This document shows positions 39,124-49,520 of a stretch of 64,000 nucleotides of DNA, in pieces. The stretch covers positions 27,797 to 91,796 of the forward strand of contig JAFTXG010000006.1 of NCBI GenBank assembly GCA_017461725.1, read 5' to 3'. Position numbers and translations under genes: made by a program. Numbering within the stretch: position 1 is the stretch's first letter; the number at the start of each line of letters is the position of its first letter. This DNA is from Lachnospiraceae bacterium. Lineage in GTDB: Bacteria > Bacillota > Clostridia > Lachnospirales > Lachnospiraceae. The notes under the pieces are model-generated. The model did not search any database. It saw only the letters and a program-made list of their open reading frames with translations, and had not been told where the DNA came from.

Positions 39124-39798
39124 TTAAAATTTTGCAGCACCCAGTACATTCTCAATATATTCTACTGCATCTTCCACGAATTTGTCCATCTGTTTTTCAT
39201 TCAGATAAGGATATTCGCGATCCAGATCCTCTCGCCCCTTGCGATAAAATCCGGTAATATATTTTCTGCGATCATCGAATGCATCCCCGGCAAAGATGTC
39301 CAGATAGCCGTTCTCAAATCCGATTGCCTGTTCATAGATCTGGAATGCCCGAAAATCAGGGTGCTCACGAAGATAGCGAAAATCCAGATCGTACCAGTCT
39401 CTCTTCCATTTCCGGATCATCTCCTGAGGATCCGCTTCATAGGCTGCCCGGTATGCATTGACAGCTGGATACCAGACCTCCTGCTTCCACAGTACATCGG
39501 TCAGCAGATGAACATAATATCCCAGATAGAAAGAGTATTGTTTCCGGTTGTAACCCGCCCGCATCTCCTTCGTAAAATACTGATCGGCAAAGGCTTCCGG
39601 ACTGATCTCCGTCTTTCCGGTTTTATCCGGTCTTTTGAAGTGAGACGTGTTTTTATCCGGCACATATGCACGCCCGTCCGGTGTGGGTACACCGCTGTCC
39701 GGTGCAATATTTCCCACCACAAACGCCGTCTCCGTCAATCCATTAAACTTATCAAGCAATGCATCAGCGACACGCAGATGAACCATCCATGATGCCAT
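39124..39798 (-). CDS. hypothetical protein (possibly zinc-dependent phospholipase C / P1-nuclease-like fold)
   Basis: 224 aa; N-terminal SWMVHLRVAD resembles the W..H..D start of the Zn-dependent PLC family; inserted between purD and purL; good RBS. Confidence 0.4.
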   Translation of the reverse strand: MASWMVHLRVADALLDKFNGLTETAFVVGNIAPDSGVPTPDGRAYVPDKNTSHFKRPDKTGKTEISPEAFADQYFTKEMRAGYNRKQYSFYLGYYVHLLTDVLWKQEVWYPAVNAYRAAYEADPQEMIRKWKRDWYDLDFRYLREHPDFRAFQIYEQAIGFENGYLDIFAGDAFDDRRKYITGFYRKGREDLDREYPYLNEKQMDKFVEDAVEYIENVLGAAKF

Positions 39799-39813
39799 AA
39801 GCTTATCCTCTTG

Positions 39814-41085
39814 TTACTTCAACGCCTTCAGTGCTCTCTGGCCGATATCGCTGCGGTAGAAGCTGTTGTCCATATGTACTTTTTTGGTGTGTGCATACGC
39901 CTTTTCAATCGCCATCTCCAGGTTTTCTGCGATCGCGGTCACGCCCAGCACACGTCCGCCGTCGGAGAGCAGTTCTCCGCCAGCGCCCAGCCTTGCTCCG
40001 GCCACAAAGATCTCCTTATCCTCCTCCGCTGCGGGCAGAGTGATCTCGAAGCCCTTCTTGTAAGCGGTGGGGTAGCCCTCGGAAGCCACGATGACGCAGC
40101 AAGCGGACTTCTCGCTGAATTTTACCTCAGTCTCAGCCAGAGTTCCGTTTGCGGTAGCTTCCATGATGGTCAGCAGATCACTCTCCAGAAGAGGAAGCAC
40201 CACCTGGGTCTCGGGATCGCCGAAACGACAGTTGTACTCGATCACCTTGGGACCGTCGGGAGTGATCATCAGACCGAAATACAGACAGCCTCTGAACTCG
40301 CGGCCCTCAGCCTTCATAGCCTTGATGGTGGGCAGGAAAATGGTTTCCATACACTCAGCTGCCACCGCCTCAGTGTAATAGGGGTTGGGTGCAATGGTAC
40401 CCATACCGCCGGTGTTCAGTCCCTCGTCATTGTCGTGGGCGCGCTTGTGGTCCATGGAGGAAACCATGGGGATCACCACATTGCCGTCGGTGAAGGACAG
40501 CACGGAAACCTCGGGTCCGGTCAGGAACTCCTCGATCACAATCTGGGAGCCGCTGGCGCCGAAGATCTTGTCCTCCATCATGGAGTGGACAGCTTCCTTT
40601 GCCTCCTCGCGGGTCTGGGCAATGATTACGCCCTTGCCCAGCGCCAGTCCGTCAGCCTTGATTACCGTGGGGATCGGAGCCGTCTCCAGATACTCCAGAG
40701 CCGCGCTCATCTCGGTGAACACCTCGTAGGCCGCGGTGGGAATACCATACTTTTTCATCAGATTCTTGGAGAATACCTTACTGCCCTCGATAATCGCTGC
40801 ATTAGCCTTGGGGCCAAAGCAGGGAATGCCCACTGCATTCAGCGCGTCAACAGCGCCGAGTACCAGCGGGTCATCGGGAGCAACCACAGCAAAATCAATG
40901 GCATTCTCTGTCGCAAATGCTACAATGCCCTCGATATCCTTCGCGCCGACCGGCACGCAGGTCGCATCGGCGGCGATACCGCCGTTTCCGGGCAGAGCGT
41001 AGATTTCCGTCACACGCTCATTTTTCTTCAAACTCTTAATTATCGCATGCTCGCGGCCGCCGCCGCCAACCACCATAATTTTCAT
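39814..41085 (-). CDS. purD: phosphoribosylamine--glycine ligase
   Basis: MKIMVVGGGGREHA N-terminus, ATP-grasp. Confidence 0.95.
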   Translation of the reverse strand: MKIMVVGGGGREHAIIKSLKKNERVTEIYALPGNGGIAADATCVPVGAKDIEGIVAFATENAIDFAVVAPDDPLVLGAVDALNAVGIPCFGPKANAAIIEGSKVFSKNLMKKYGIPTAAYEVFTEMSAALEYLETAPIPTVIKADGLALGKGVIIAQTREEAKEAVHSMMEDKIFGASGSQIVIEEFLTGPEVSVLSFTDGNVVIPMVSSMDHKRAHDNDEGLNTGGMGTIAPNPYYTEAVAAECMETIFLPTIKAMKAEGREFRGCLYFGLMITPDGPKVIEYNCRFGDPETQVVLPLLESDLLTIMEATANGTLAETEVKFSEKSACCVIVASEGYPTAYKKGFEITLPAAEEDKEIFVAGARLGAGGELLSDGGRVLGVTAIAENLEMAIEKAYAHTKKVHMDNSFYRSDIGQRALKALK

Positions 41086-41115
41086 CGTCGCAATACCTTT
41101 CTCTGATTCTTTTTC

Positions 41116-41456
41116 CGGTAGAGCCAGAATGGTTTCCTATCAAAATCAGAGAAATGATTTTGCACGGAAATCCATTCTGTCCCTACCTGCTAATTGATAA
41201 AGTGCAGCTAATCGATTGCATCAAATGAAATCGCATAATACGGTACTGCGACTTCCTTAGCCCCAGCACCTGCGACTTATCTACGGTAATGCGATTTTCC
41301 ACCTCGCACTTCCATTTACAGGCAGACACAGAATGGATTTCCGTGCAAAATGCCGATTCCCGATTGTCCCGTTAAGCTCAGCCCGCGGTAACGCCCGCGG
41401 GTGAGTAGGGTCAAGTTCGGGGCGGCTTTTGATAGGAAACCATTCTGGGGCTGCCG
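41116..41456. repeat. composite nested inverted-repeat element (MITE-like or structured RNA) in purH-purD intergenic region
   Basis: CAGAATGGTTTCCTATCAAAA (41125-41145) is the reverse complement of 41427-41447. TTTTGCACGGAAATCCATTCTGT (41158-41180) is the reverse complement of 41328-41350. The right arm carries an extra GC-rich hairpin of about 75 bp. Confidence 0.6.
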
Positions 41457-41467
41457 TTAAAATCAAA

Positions 41468-42652
41468 TCAATGGTGGAACAATCTCATTCCGGTGAACGC
41501 CATGGCGATTCCGTACTTGTCGCATGCCTCGATCACCAGGTCATCGCGCACGGAGCCGCCGGGCTGTGCGATGTAGGACACACCGCTCTTTCTCGCGCGC
41601 TCGATGTTGTCGCTGAAGGGGAAGAATGCATCGCTGCCCACTGCAACACCGGTGAGTGAACTCAGGTACGCCTTCTTCTCCTCGCGGGTGAAGGGTGCAG
41701 GCTGCTCGGTGAAGTACTGCTGCCATGCGCCGTCAGCCAGTACGTCCTCATAGTCATCGGAAATATATACGTCGATCACATTGTCTCTGTCGGGTCTGCC
41801 CAGAGTGCTCTTGAAGGGCAGGTTCAGCACCTTCTCGGTCTGACGCAGATGCCAGTTGTCAGCCTTCTGTCCGGCCAGTCTGGTACAGTGGATACGGGAC
41901 TGCTGTCCTGCACCTACACCGATTGCCTGTCCGTCTACTGCGTAGCATACGGAGTTGGACTGAGTGTACTTCAGGGTGATCAGCGCGATGATCAGGTCAC
42001 GTTTTGCGCTGTCGGGCAGTTCCTTGTTGGAAGTCACCAGATTTGACAGCAGCTCCTCGTCGATCTTGAAGTTGTTTCTTCCCTGCTCGAAGGTGATGCC
42101 GTAAACCTGCTTGTGCTCGATGGGATCGGGAACGAAGTTCTCATCGATCTTGATCACATTGTAATTACCTTTGCGCTTCTGCTTCAGGATAGCCAGCGCC
42201 TCGTCGGTGTAGCCGGGAGCAATCACGCCGTCGGAAACCTCGCGCTTGATCAGCTTTGCGGTGGTAGCGTCGCAGACGTCACTCAGTGCAATGAAGTCGC
42301 CGAAGGAGCTCATACGGTCAGTTCCTCTCGCTCTCGCGTATGCGCAAGCCAGGGGAGACTCGTCAAGACCCTCAACATCGTCCACGAAGCAAGCCTTCTT
42401 CAATGCGTCAGACAGGGGAAGGCCCACTGCCGCGGAGGTGGGGCTTACGTGCTTGAAGGAGGTAGCTACGGGCATATTCAGTGCTGCCTTTACTTCTTTA
42501 ACCAGCTGCCAGCTGTTAAATGCGTCCATGAAGTTGATATAACCAGGACGGCCGCTCAGGATCTCGATAGGCAGGTCGCTGCCGTCATGCATAAAGATTT
42601 TAGAGGGCTTCTGGTTGGGGTTACATCCATATTTCAGTGCAAGTTCTTTCAT
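41468..42652 (-). CDS. purH: phosphoribosylaminoimidazolecarboxamide formyltransferase (AICARFT-only PurH)
   Basis: LKYGCNPNQ motif of the AICARFT domain; lacks the N-terminal MGS-like IMP cyclohydrolase domain. Confidence 0.85.
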   Translation of the reverse strand: MKELALKYGCNPNQKPSKIFMHDGSDLPIEILSGRPGYINFMDAFNSWQLVKEVKAALNMPVATSFKHVSPTSAAVGLPLSDALKKACFVDDVEGLDESPLACAYARARGTDRMSSFGDFIALSDVCDATTAKLIKREVSDGVIAPGYTDEALAILKQKRKGNYNVIKIDENFVPDPIEHKQVYGITFEQGRNNFKIDEELLSNLVTSNKELPDSAKRDLIIALITLKYTQSNSVCYAVDGQAIGVGAGQQSRIHCTRLAGQKADNWHLRQTEKVLNLPFKSTLGRPDRDNVIDVYISDDYEDVLADGAWQQYFTEQPAPFTREEKKAYLSSLTGVAVGSDAFFPFSDNIERARKSGVSYIAQPGGSVRDDLVIEACDKYGIAMAFTGMRLFHH

Positions 42653-42754
42653 TTTCGTTATTCCTCCTGCGTGATATTATTGATAGAACAGTTCACACGC
42701 ACAGATTCATTCATGCAAGCATGATTCATCTGTGATTCGAACATGGCTGAACTG

Positions 42755-43477
42755 TTACTGCAAGTGTTTATTGATCATACGATTTTCCACGGTGCCGTCC
42801 GCAAGGTCTACAAAGCGTACATACAGGGAAATCTTATTGTTCTCGTTCAGGTTGTTCCAGATCATCTCGGTGAACTCGTCGATGCAGTTGGGGATCGCCA
42901 CGCGCTCAGGCTCGCCCTGGAAGGTGGGAATCGGGTTTCCATCGCACACATAGGTGTGGATGAAATGGCCCAGACCACTCTTCGGTGCGTAGGAATAGGT
43001 GAAGCGATTGCAAGCGGTTCCTTCCGCATCTGCACTCTTCAAGATGCTCATCTGGTAGGTGAAATCGCCGTCAGCGAAGTCCAGCATACCACTGATACGG
43101 GGAGTCCAGTTGGGACCGTCGGGCTCAAACTCGCGGGTCTCCAGCGCTGCTGAGAAGGTCTTGCCCTCCTTCAGGCCGTTGTAGATGGTGTCGGTCTGAT
43201 CTCCGTTGGTCACGATCAGGTGATTATCCAGCTTGCGAACCGGATAGTAGATGATCAGGGAGGGATCCTCCATCTTGGAAGGATCGAAAGCCTCCGTCTT
43301 CATATCCTCACCGACCTCCACAAACACGCGGTTGCGGCTGTTCACGCTACGGCCCATGATGAAATAAGCCACTGCTGCCTTCTTTCCGTCTGCGGTCTTA
43401 CCAATCACGATACCGCGGCCGGGATAAGTATTGCTGCTCAACAAATCACTCAACTGGTTTACTGCGTAAATATCCAT
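42755..43477 (-). CDS. IMP cyclohydrolase (PurO/archaeal-type, PF07826-like)
   Basis: 240 aa with PurO-like sequence (GRGIVIGK, NGDQTDTI); directly adjacent to the AICARFT gene. Confidence 0.75.
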   Translation of the reverse strand: MDIYAVNQLSDLLSSNTYPGRGIVIGKTADGKKAAVAYFIMGRSVNSRNRVFVEVGEDMKTEAFDPSKMEDPSLIIYYPVRKLDNHLIVTNGDQTDTIYNGLKEGKTFSAALETREFEPDGPNWTPRISGMLDFADGDFTYQMSILKSADAEGTACNRFTYSYAPKSGLGHFIHTYVCDGNPIPTFQGEPERVAIPNCIDEFTEMIWNNLNENNKISLYVRFVDLADGTVENRMINKHLQ

Positions 43478-43560
43478 GTTTACTCCATTCTGCCGTCAGC
43501 ATCGGCGGCGCTCACTTTTCTATAAATCATTGTTTCTTCGGAAGCATCTCAGGATAAACC

Positions 43561-44190
43561 CTAAATGCCAATCGGTTTTTTGATGTGCAGAACTTCTCTA
43601 TACTCCAGTTCTTCATCAATATCAAGTGCCGGGAGAAGATAGGAAAGTACCTGCTCCGTAAAGCATTTCGTCCCCATAGAGGTATAGTAATGCACCGGAT
43701 CCGAGTGGGCTTCAGCCGGAAGCGTGATCGATGCCGCATAAAGGTCATTGACCTGAAAGCCATATTTTGATACCACCTCTACCGCTGCCGCGTTATAGGC
43801 CTCAATTTCCTCGTTGTAACGCTTGAAATCAGGCTCCATCAGCTCAGACTGTACACTTGTGGAGGTTGCAAAAATCACCTTAGCACCGGGGAAGAGCTTC
43901 TGAATACGCATACAGATGCGATCAATATAGTAGGCATAGACATCTATCGGTGTCTGCGGTTCCTCTCCAAACAAACGCAGGCAATCCCAAAGTCCAGCGT
44001 TCCAGTGAAGTACATCCACCGGATGATCTCCCAGTATTCCCTTGTACTCGTGAAGATAACGCAAGACATATGAGGCAAATCGACAGTTTTCCTCCGGAAA
44101 ATATACATTTGCCCTGTTACCTATCGTGTTTTTGACTGCTTTATCGTAACCGATGCGAATCGAATCTCCAATCAGCAGCACATTTTTCAT
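43561..44190 (-). CDS. SGNH/GDSL family hydrolase
   Basis: LLIGDSIRIGY block I motif; start at MKNVLL with a GGAGGAG RBS. Confidence 0.7.
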   Translation of the reverse strand: MKNVLLIGDSIRIGYDKAVKNTIGNRANVYFPEENCRFASYVLRYLHEYKGILGDHPVDVLHWNAGLWDCLRLFGEEPQTPIDVYAYYIDRICMRIQKLFPGAKVIFATSTSVQSELMEPDFKRYNEEIEAYNAAAVEVVSKYGFQVNDLYAASITLPAEAHSDPVHYYTSMGTKCFTEQVLSYLLPALDIDEELEYREVLHIKKPIGI

Positions 44191-44224
44191 CTTCTCCTCC
44201 GTTCCGAAGCGAAACCGCTTCATA

Positions 44225-44833
44225 TCACTCTGCTCTCACTAGTTCCGCACAGACTTTCTCGGTGGACGCGGGCAGAATGATCCACTCTGCCTGCTCCATG
44301 ACTCTGCGCTGCAGTACCTCGGGGGTGTCCCCATCCTCCACATTCACTGCCTTCTGCATGATGATCTTTCCGCCGTCGGGAATCTCGTTGACATAGTGCA
44401 CCGTCGCACCGGTCACCTTCACGCCGTAGGACAATGCAGCCTCGTGAACGTGAAGTCCGTACATGCCCTTTCCGCAGAAGGAAGGGATCAGCGCCGGATG
44501 AATATTGATGATCCGGTTTGCATAATGGCTGGTGAACTTTTCGGTGAGGATGCTCAGGAATCCGGCCAGAACGATCAGATCAATGCTTCTCTCCTCGAAA
44601 AGCTCGATCAGCTTATCCTCGAAGGCCTCCTGGCCGCCGCATTCCTTGCGGAGCACAGTCATGCCCTCGATGCCGGCCTTGGCCGCACGCTCCAGTGCGT
44701 AGGCATCCTTCACGTTGGCCACCACGAAGACGATCTCGCCGCTCGCCAGGACACCGCTCTTCTGCGCGTCGATCAGCGCCTGCAGGTTGGTGCCGCCGCC
44801 GGACACCAGCACGGCTATTCTTGCTTTTAACAT
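44225..44833 (-). CDS. purN: phosphoribosylglycinamide formyltransferase
   Basis: [13 protein letters not shown] and the formyl transferase HPALIP motif. Confidence 0.9.
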   Translation of the reverse strand: MLKARIAVLVSGGGTNLQALIDAQKSGVLASGEIVFVVANVKDAYALERAAKAGIEGMTVLRKECGGQEAFEDKLIELFEERSIDLIVLAGFLSILTEKFTSHYANRIINIHPALIPSFCGKGMYGLHVHEAALSYGVKVTGATVHYVNEIPDGGKIIMQKAVNVEDGDTPEVLQRRVMEQAEWIILPASTEKVCAELVRAE

Positions 44834-45870
44834 ATGGTCACGCCCTCTTCAGACTCTACGATCTCGCCGATCACGTAAGCGTCAATGTCGTTTGCCTTGA
44901 GTACCTCAACTGCCTTATCAGCATCCTCCTTCGCCACAACAACGCTCATACCGACACCCATGTTGTAAGTATTGAACATGTCTCGCTCCGGAATGTTTCC
45001 GGTCTTTGCGATCAGATCAAAGATGGGCAGCACCTTGATGGCACTCCTGTCAATCTTTGCGCCCAGGCCCTTGGGGATACTTCTCGGAATATTCTCATAG
45101 AAGCCGCCGCCGGTGATATGGGAAATACCCTTGACGGTCACTGCCTCAAGCAGCGCCAGCACAGGCTTTACATAAATCTTGGTGGGGGTCAGCAGGGTCT
45201 CCCCGATGGTCTTGCCGCCCAGCTCCTCGCGGGGAACGTACAGCTCGGGGTTGTTATTATCGATATCAAATACCTTGCGGATCAGGGAGAATCCGTTGGA
45301 GTGGATACCGGTGGAGGGCAGTGCGATCACCACATCACCTGCTGCCATCTTGGAATTGTCCAGAATTTTCTTCTTATCCACGATGCCGACTGCAAATCCG
45401 GCCAGATCGTAATCGTCCACGGGCATCATGCCGGGATGCTCAGCGGTCTCACCGCCGATCAGCGCTGCGCCGGACTGTACACAGCCCTCTGCCACACCGC
45501 CAACAATCTGAGCGATCTTCTCGGGAACGTTCTTGCCGCAGGCAATGTAGTCCAGGAAGAACAGGGGTTTTGCGCCGACACAGATAATGTCATTGACACA
45601 CATCGCAACCGCGTCGATGCCGATGGTGTCGTGCTTATCCATCAGGATGGCCAGCTTAACCTTGGTGCCGCAGCCGTCGGTACCGGAAACCAGAACGGGC
45701 TCCTCCATACCGGCAATGGGCAGACCAAAACAGCCGCCAAAACCGCCCACGTCATCCAGGCAACCCTCGTTGCGGGTGCGGGCAATATGCTTCTTCATCA
45801 GTTCCACTGCCTTGTAACCGGCGGTAATATCAACACCGGCCTCTTTGTAGCTTTCACTGTAACTTTTCAT
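44827..45870 (-). CDS. purM: phosphoribosylformylglycinamidine cyclo-ligase (AIR synthetase)
   Basis: AIRS family N- and C-domains; overlaps purN start by 7 nt. Confidence 0.95.
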   Translation of the reverse strand: MKSYSESYKEAGVDITAGYKAVELMKKHIARTRNEGCLDDVGGFGGCFGLPIAGMEEPVLVSGTDGCGTKVKLAILMDKHDTIGIDAVAMCVNDIICVGAKPLFFLDYIACGKNVPEKIAQIVGGVAEGCVQSGAALIGGETAEHPGMMPVDDYDLAGFAVGIVDKKKILDNSKMAAGDVVIALPSTGIHSNGFSLIRKVFDIDNNNPELYVPREELGGKTIGETLLTPTKIYVKPVLALLEAVTVKGISHITGGGFYENIPRSIPKGLGAKIDRSAIKVLPIFDLIAKTGNIPERDMFNTYNMGVGMSVVVAKEDADKAVEVLKANDIDAYVIGEIVESEEGVTIC

Positions 45871-46012
45871 TTGTTTCTCCTTTCAATACCTCTAATCCAT
45901 CCATAGAAGGTTTTCACCGTGATACCGATAACCAAGATTTTCATTTTACTACTATTGGGTTCTTGTTCCATCACTCTTTTTATTCTTCGACCTTTTATCG
46001 CTTTTTTTAAAA

Positions 46013-46504
46013 CTACTGGAATCTCTTCTCAATCTCTGCATTCTTTTCCAGCACCTTCTCTGCCGCCTTCGCTCTGGCAACCATCAGCTTCTCCGCCAGC
46101 TCCTCATCGGATACGGCAAGGATCTGGATGGCCAGCAGTGCCGCATTTGCAGCGCCGTCGATGGCTACGGTAGCTACAGGAATACCGGAGGGCATCTGTA
46201 CGGTGGAAAGCAGTGCATCCAGACCGTCCAGTGTGGAAGACTTGACGGGGATACCGATGACCGGCAGTGTACTGTTGGCAGCGATAGCGCCCGCCAGATG
46301 TGCAGCCTTGCCAGCCGCTGCGATCAGCGCGCCAAAACCGTTTGCTCTGGCGTTTGCTGCAAACTCCTTCGCCTCCACCGGGGTGCGATGAGCAGAGTAT
46401 ACATGTACCTCGGTGGGCACACCATACTCCTTCAGCGTGGTGATCGCTTTTTCTACAACGGGAAGATCACTGTCACTTCCCATGATGATTCCGACTTTTT
46501 TCAT
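46013..46504 (-). CDS. purE: 5-(carboxyamino)imidazole ribonucleotide mutase
   Basis: [16 protein letters not shown] signature of PurE. Confidence 0.95.
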   Translation of the reverse strand: MKKVGIIMGSDSDLPVVEKAITTLKEYGVPTEVHVYSAHRTPVEAKEFAANARANGFGALIAAAGKAAHLAGAIAANSTLPVIGIPVKSSTLDGLDALLSTVQMPSGIPVATVAIDGAANAALLAIQILAVSDEELAEKLMVARAKAAEKVLEKNAEIEKRFQ

Positions 46505-46627
46505 GTTCTTCTCCTTCTTTTCCGTACGATAAAAACCGATTGTTTCGTTTAATCCGTCCGGTGTATGCCATTCAAGAGTACAGGCACAGCTTCATGGCAT
46601 CGCGTCCGGAGTTTTCATCGTTAAATA

Positions 46628-46740
46628 GTTATGGGCAGTCCTACCCCTATGGATAGAACTGCCCAGACGGTCGACATCCATATTCACTCCTGCTCCCACG
46701 TGGTAAACTCCACTTCTCCGTCAGTTGCAGGAATGTCTTA
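46628..46740 (-). ncRNA. candidate ZTP (pfl-motif) riboswitch in purE leader
   Basis: On the minus-strand RNA the order is ACUGACGGAGAA, then a P2 hairpin GUGGAGUUUACCAC, then GUGGGAGC, then GUCGACCGUCUGGGCAG...CUGCCCA. This follows the pfl consensus arrangement (UGGCG, GGUGG..CCACC, GGGGAGC, CCGCCUGGGC..GCCC). The pseudoknot pair GACGG/CCGUC co-varies with the consensus GGCG/CGCC. Confidence 0.45.
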
Positions 46741-46826
46741 CGCAACGAGCTTTATTTTAACTCATCCGCTCAGGTCAGTCAAGAGGTTCATCTAGGGTAT
46801 TTTCTCGGCCTTTTTATAAGCCACGC

Positions 46827-47240
46827 TTATTTATCAGCCTTTGTCTCGCAGTAAATACAGCGATAAACCTGATTTTCTGCATCCGTCAGCTTAAACACAT
46901 GGGGCAGTTCCTGCTCCGTGGTGGTGATGCAGCGGGGATTCTTGCAGCGAACAACATTGATGATCTTCGCCGGAAGCTCCGGATGATATTTTTCTACTCG
47001 CACGCCATCCTTGATCACGTTGATGGTGATGTTGGGGTCGATGTAGCCCAGCGCATTCAGGTCGATAAAGGAATCCACCTTGATAATGTCCTTGCGGCCC
47101 ATCTGCTTGCTGGTCGCGTTTTTGATGATCGCAACCGTGCAATCCTGCTTGTCCAGGTTAAGGAAGTGGTAGATCTTCATTCCCTCCCCTGCCTTGATAT
47201 GGTCAATTACAACACCATTCTTAATGGAATCTATATTCAT
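46827..47240 (-). CDS. pyrI: aspartate carbamoyltransferase regulatory subunit
   Basis: C-terminal zinc domain CxxC...CxxC (RCKNPRC...CIYC). Confidence 0.9.
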   Translation of the reverse strand: MNIDSIKNGVVIDHIKAGEGMKIYHFLNLDKQDCTVAIIKNATSKQMGRKDIIKVDSFIDLNALGYIDPNITINVIKDGVRVEKYHPELPAKIINVVRCKNPRCITTTEQELPHVFKLTDAENQVYRCIYCETKADK

Positions 47241-48154
47241 GAGTTCTCCTCCAGCAGCTTCAGAATCAGTGCCATTCTCACAAACTTTCCGTTCAGAACC
47301 TGGCGGAAATAGCAGGCTCTGGGATCGTCGTCGATGGCAACCGCGATCTCGTTTACACGGGGCAGCGGGTGAAGGATCGCCAAATCAGACTTTGCTGTCT
47401 TTAACTTCTCCGGTGTCAGAATATAGCTGTCCTTCAAACGGAGATAATCCTCCTCGTTGAAGAAACGCTCTCTCTGCACTCTGGTCATGTACAGGATATC
47501 CAGCTCGGGCATCACTGCCTCCAGGTCGGTGGTCTGTACATACTCAATGTTATGCTTCTTCAGAACATCCTGCTTCACATAGCTGGGAAGCTTCAGCTCA
47601 TCGGGGGAGATCAGGATGATCTTGATGCCGGTGTACCGGGACAGTGCCTCGATCAGGGAGTGCACGGTGCGGCCAAACTTCAAGTCACCGCAGAAACCAA
47701 CAGTCAAATTATTCAGTCTGCCCTTCTCACGCTGAATGGTCAGCAGATCGGTCAGGGTCTGGGTGGGGTGATTGTGTCCGCCGTCGCCTGCGTTGATGAT
47801 CGGCACAGTCGCCTTCATGGAGGCAACCAGAGGTGCGCCCTCCTTGGGATGACGCATCGCAATAATATCTGCATAACAGCTCACGGTGCGAACCGTGTCA
47901 GCTACGCTCTCGCCCTTGGCCGCAGAACTGCTCTGCGCCTCGGAAAAGCCCAGAACATTTCCGCCCAGCTCGTACATCGCCGCCTCAAAGCTTAAGCGGG
48001 TACGGGTGGAGGGCTCAAAAAACAGAGTGGCCAGCTTCTTGCCGTGGCACTTCTCTGCATACTTTTTCGGATTGTCGATGATGTCGTTGGCCACTGCAAT
48101 CAGCTCATCGATCTCCTCGACAGACAGATCCAGAATACTGATCAGGCTTCTCAT
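47237..48154 (-). CDS. pyrB: aspartate carbamoyltransferase catalytic subunit
   Basis: STRTR carbamoyl-phosphate binding motif; HPLP motif. Confidence 0.95.
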   Translation of the reverse strand: MRSLISILDLSVEEIDELIAVANDIIDNPKKYAEKCHGKKLATLFFEPSTRTRLSFEAAMYELGGNVLGFSEAQSSSAAKGESVADTVRTVSCYADIIAMRHPKEGAPLVASMKATVPIINAGDGGHNHPTQTLTDLLTIQREKGRLNNLTVGFCGDLKFGRTVHSLIEALSRYTGIKIILISPDELKLPSYVKQDVLKKHNIEYVQTTDLEAVMPELDILYMTRVQRERFFNEEDYLRLKDSYILTPEKLKTAKSDLAILHPLPRVNEIAVAIDDDPRACYFRQVLNGKFVRMALILKLLEENS

Positions 48155-48793
48155 TTATTTATTGCCTCCAATCCAGCTCTCATCGGAAGGGTTGTTGCGG
48201 AATGCGATCAGACGCTCAATGTCCTCAGGCTTGATGTAGCCCTCCTCCGCTGCAACCTCTGCGATCACGTCAAAGTTGGTCAGGCTGTGGTTTTCAACGT
48301 TTGCTGCTGCCAGACGGTCAAGGCCCTTCTTCATGCCGTAGGTAAAGATACTGATGATACCCAGAACCTCTGCACCTGCCTCGCGAAGTACGTTTACTAC
48401 CTCGATGGCACTGCCTGCGGTGGAGATCAGGTCCTCGATGACCACAACCTTCTGACCGGGCTCCAGACGACCCTCGATCTGGTTCTGACGTCCGTGATCC
48501 TTAGCGCCGGAACGAACATAACCCATGGGCATGCCCAGCATATGTCCAACAATAGCAGCGTGAGCGATACCTGCGGTGCTGGTTCCCATCAGAACGTCAC
48601 ACTCGGGGTAGAGCTTCTTTACCTGCTCTGCCAGAGCGCTCTCAACGTCGTTTCTCACTGCGGGAGCGGTCAGGATCAGACGGTTGTCACAGTAAACGGG
48701 GCTCTTGATTCCGCTCGCCCAGGTAAAGGGCTTGTCGGGGCTGAAAAATACAGCCTTGATCGATAACAAATCTTTTGCAATTAATCTCTCCAT
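48155..48793 (-). CDS. pyrE: orotate phosphoribosyltransferase
   Basis: PRPP-binding VVVIEDLISTAGS motif. Confidence 0.9.
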   Translation of the reverse strand: MERLIAKDLLSIKAVFFSPDKPFTWASGIKSPVYCDNRLILTAPAVRNDVESALAEQVKKLYPECDVLMGTSTAGIAHAAIVGHMLGMPMGYVRSGAKDHGRQNQIEGRLEPGQKVVVIEDLISTAGSAIEVVNVLREAGAEVLGIISIFTYGMKKGLDRLAAANVENHSLTNFDVIAEVAAEEGYIKPEDIERLIAFRNNPSDESWIGGNK

Positions 48794-48821
48794 GGTAAAA
48801 TCCCTCCAAAATGTATATTTA

Positions 48822-49520
48822 TTAACCTACAAACTCAGCTACGCATCTTCTGTATGCTGCTACGGGATCTGCCGCAGCGGTGATGGGTCTGCCAACTACG
48901 ATGTAATCGGAGCCGATCTCCTTCGCCTTCGCGGGAGTGGTCACACGAACCTGATCGCCAACCTCGCCGTCAGCGAAGCGCACGCCGGGAGTTACAGTCA
49001 CGAAGTTCTCGCCGCAGCGGTCATGAACCTTGCCTGCCTCCAGGGGTGAGCAAACGATTCCGTCCAGTCCTGCCTTCTTTGCGCAGGAAGCATAGTGCAT
49101 AACTACCTCGTCCAGAGGCTTCTCGATCAGCAGGTCGCTTTCCATGCGCTCCTGGCTGGTGGAAGTCAGCTGGGTAACCGCGATCAGCATCGGTCTGGTT
49201 CCGTCGGGACGGGTCAGGCCCTCAACAGCAGCCTCCATCATGGCAACGGTACCTGCCGCATGCAGGTTGGTCATATCCACATCCAGTCTGGACAGTACAG
49301 ACATGGACTTCTTTACGGTGTTGGGGATGTCGTGAAGCTTCAGGTCGAGGAAGATCTTGTGTCCTCTCTCCTTGATCTCACGAACGATGGCAGGACCTTC
49401 TGCGTAGTACAGCTCCATGCCAATCTTCACGAAAGGCTTCTCCTCCGTGAATTTATCCAAAAAACTCATCACTTCTGCTTTGCTGCTGAAATCGCAGGCT
49501 ACAATAACATCTTTTCCCAT
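48822..49520 (-). CDS. pyrF: orotidine-5'-phosphate decarboxylase
   Basis: [11 protein letters not shown] motif of OMP decarboxylase. Confidence 0.9.
   Translation of the reverse strand: MGKDVIVACDFSSKAEVMSFLDKFTEEKPFVKIGMELYYAEGPAIVREIKERGHKIFLDLKLHDIPNTVKKSMSVLSRLDVDMTNLHAAGTVAMMEAAVEGLTRPDGTRPMLIAVTQLTSTSQERMESDLLIEKPLDEVVMHYASCAKKAGLDGIVCSPLEAGKVHDRCGENFVTVTPGVRFADGEVGDQVRVTTPAKAKEIGSDYIVVGRPITAAADPVAAYRRCVAEFVG

Noticed and set aside
39811-41106. 431-aa plus-strand ORF antisense to purD, and a similar ORF at 44695-45906 antisense to purM
   Set aside because: These are shadows of well-supported pur genes.
46505-46826. Guanine/purine riboswitch upstream of purE
   Set aside because: The hallmark conserved segments (UUUCUACC, ACCGUAAAU, GACUAUG) are absent. 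The structure fits a ZTP/pfl motif better, and that is reported separately.
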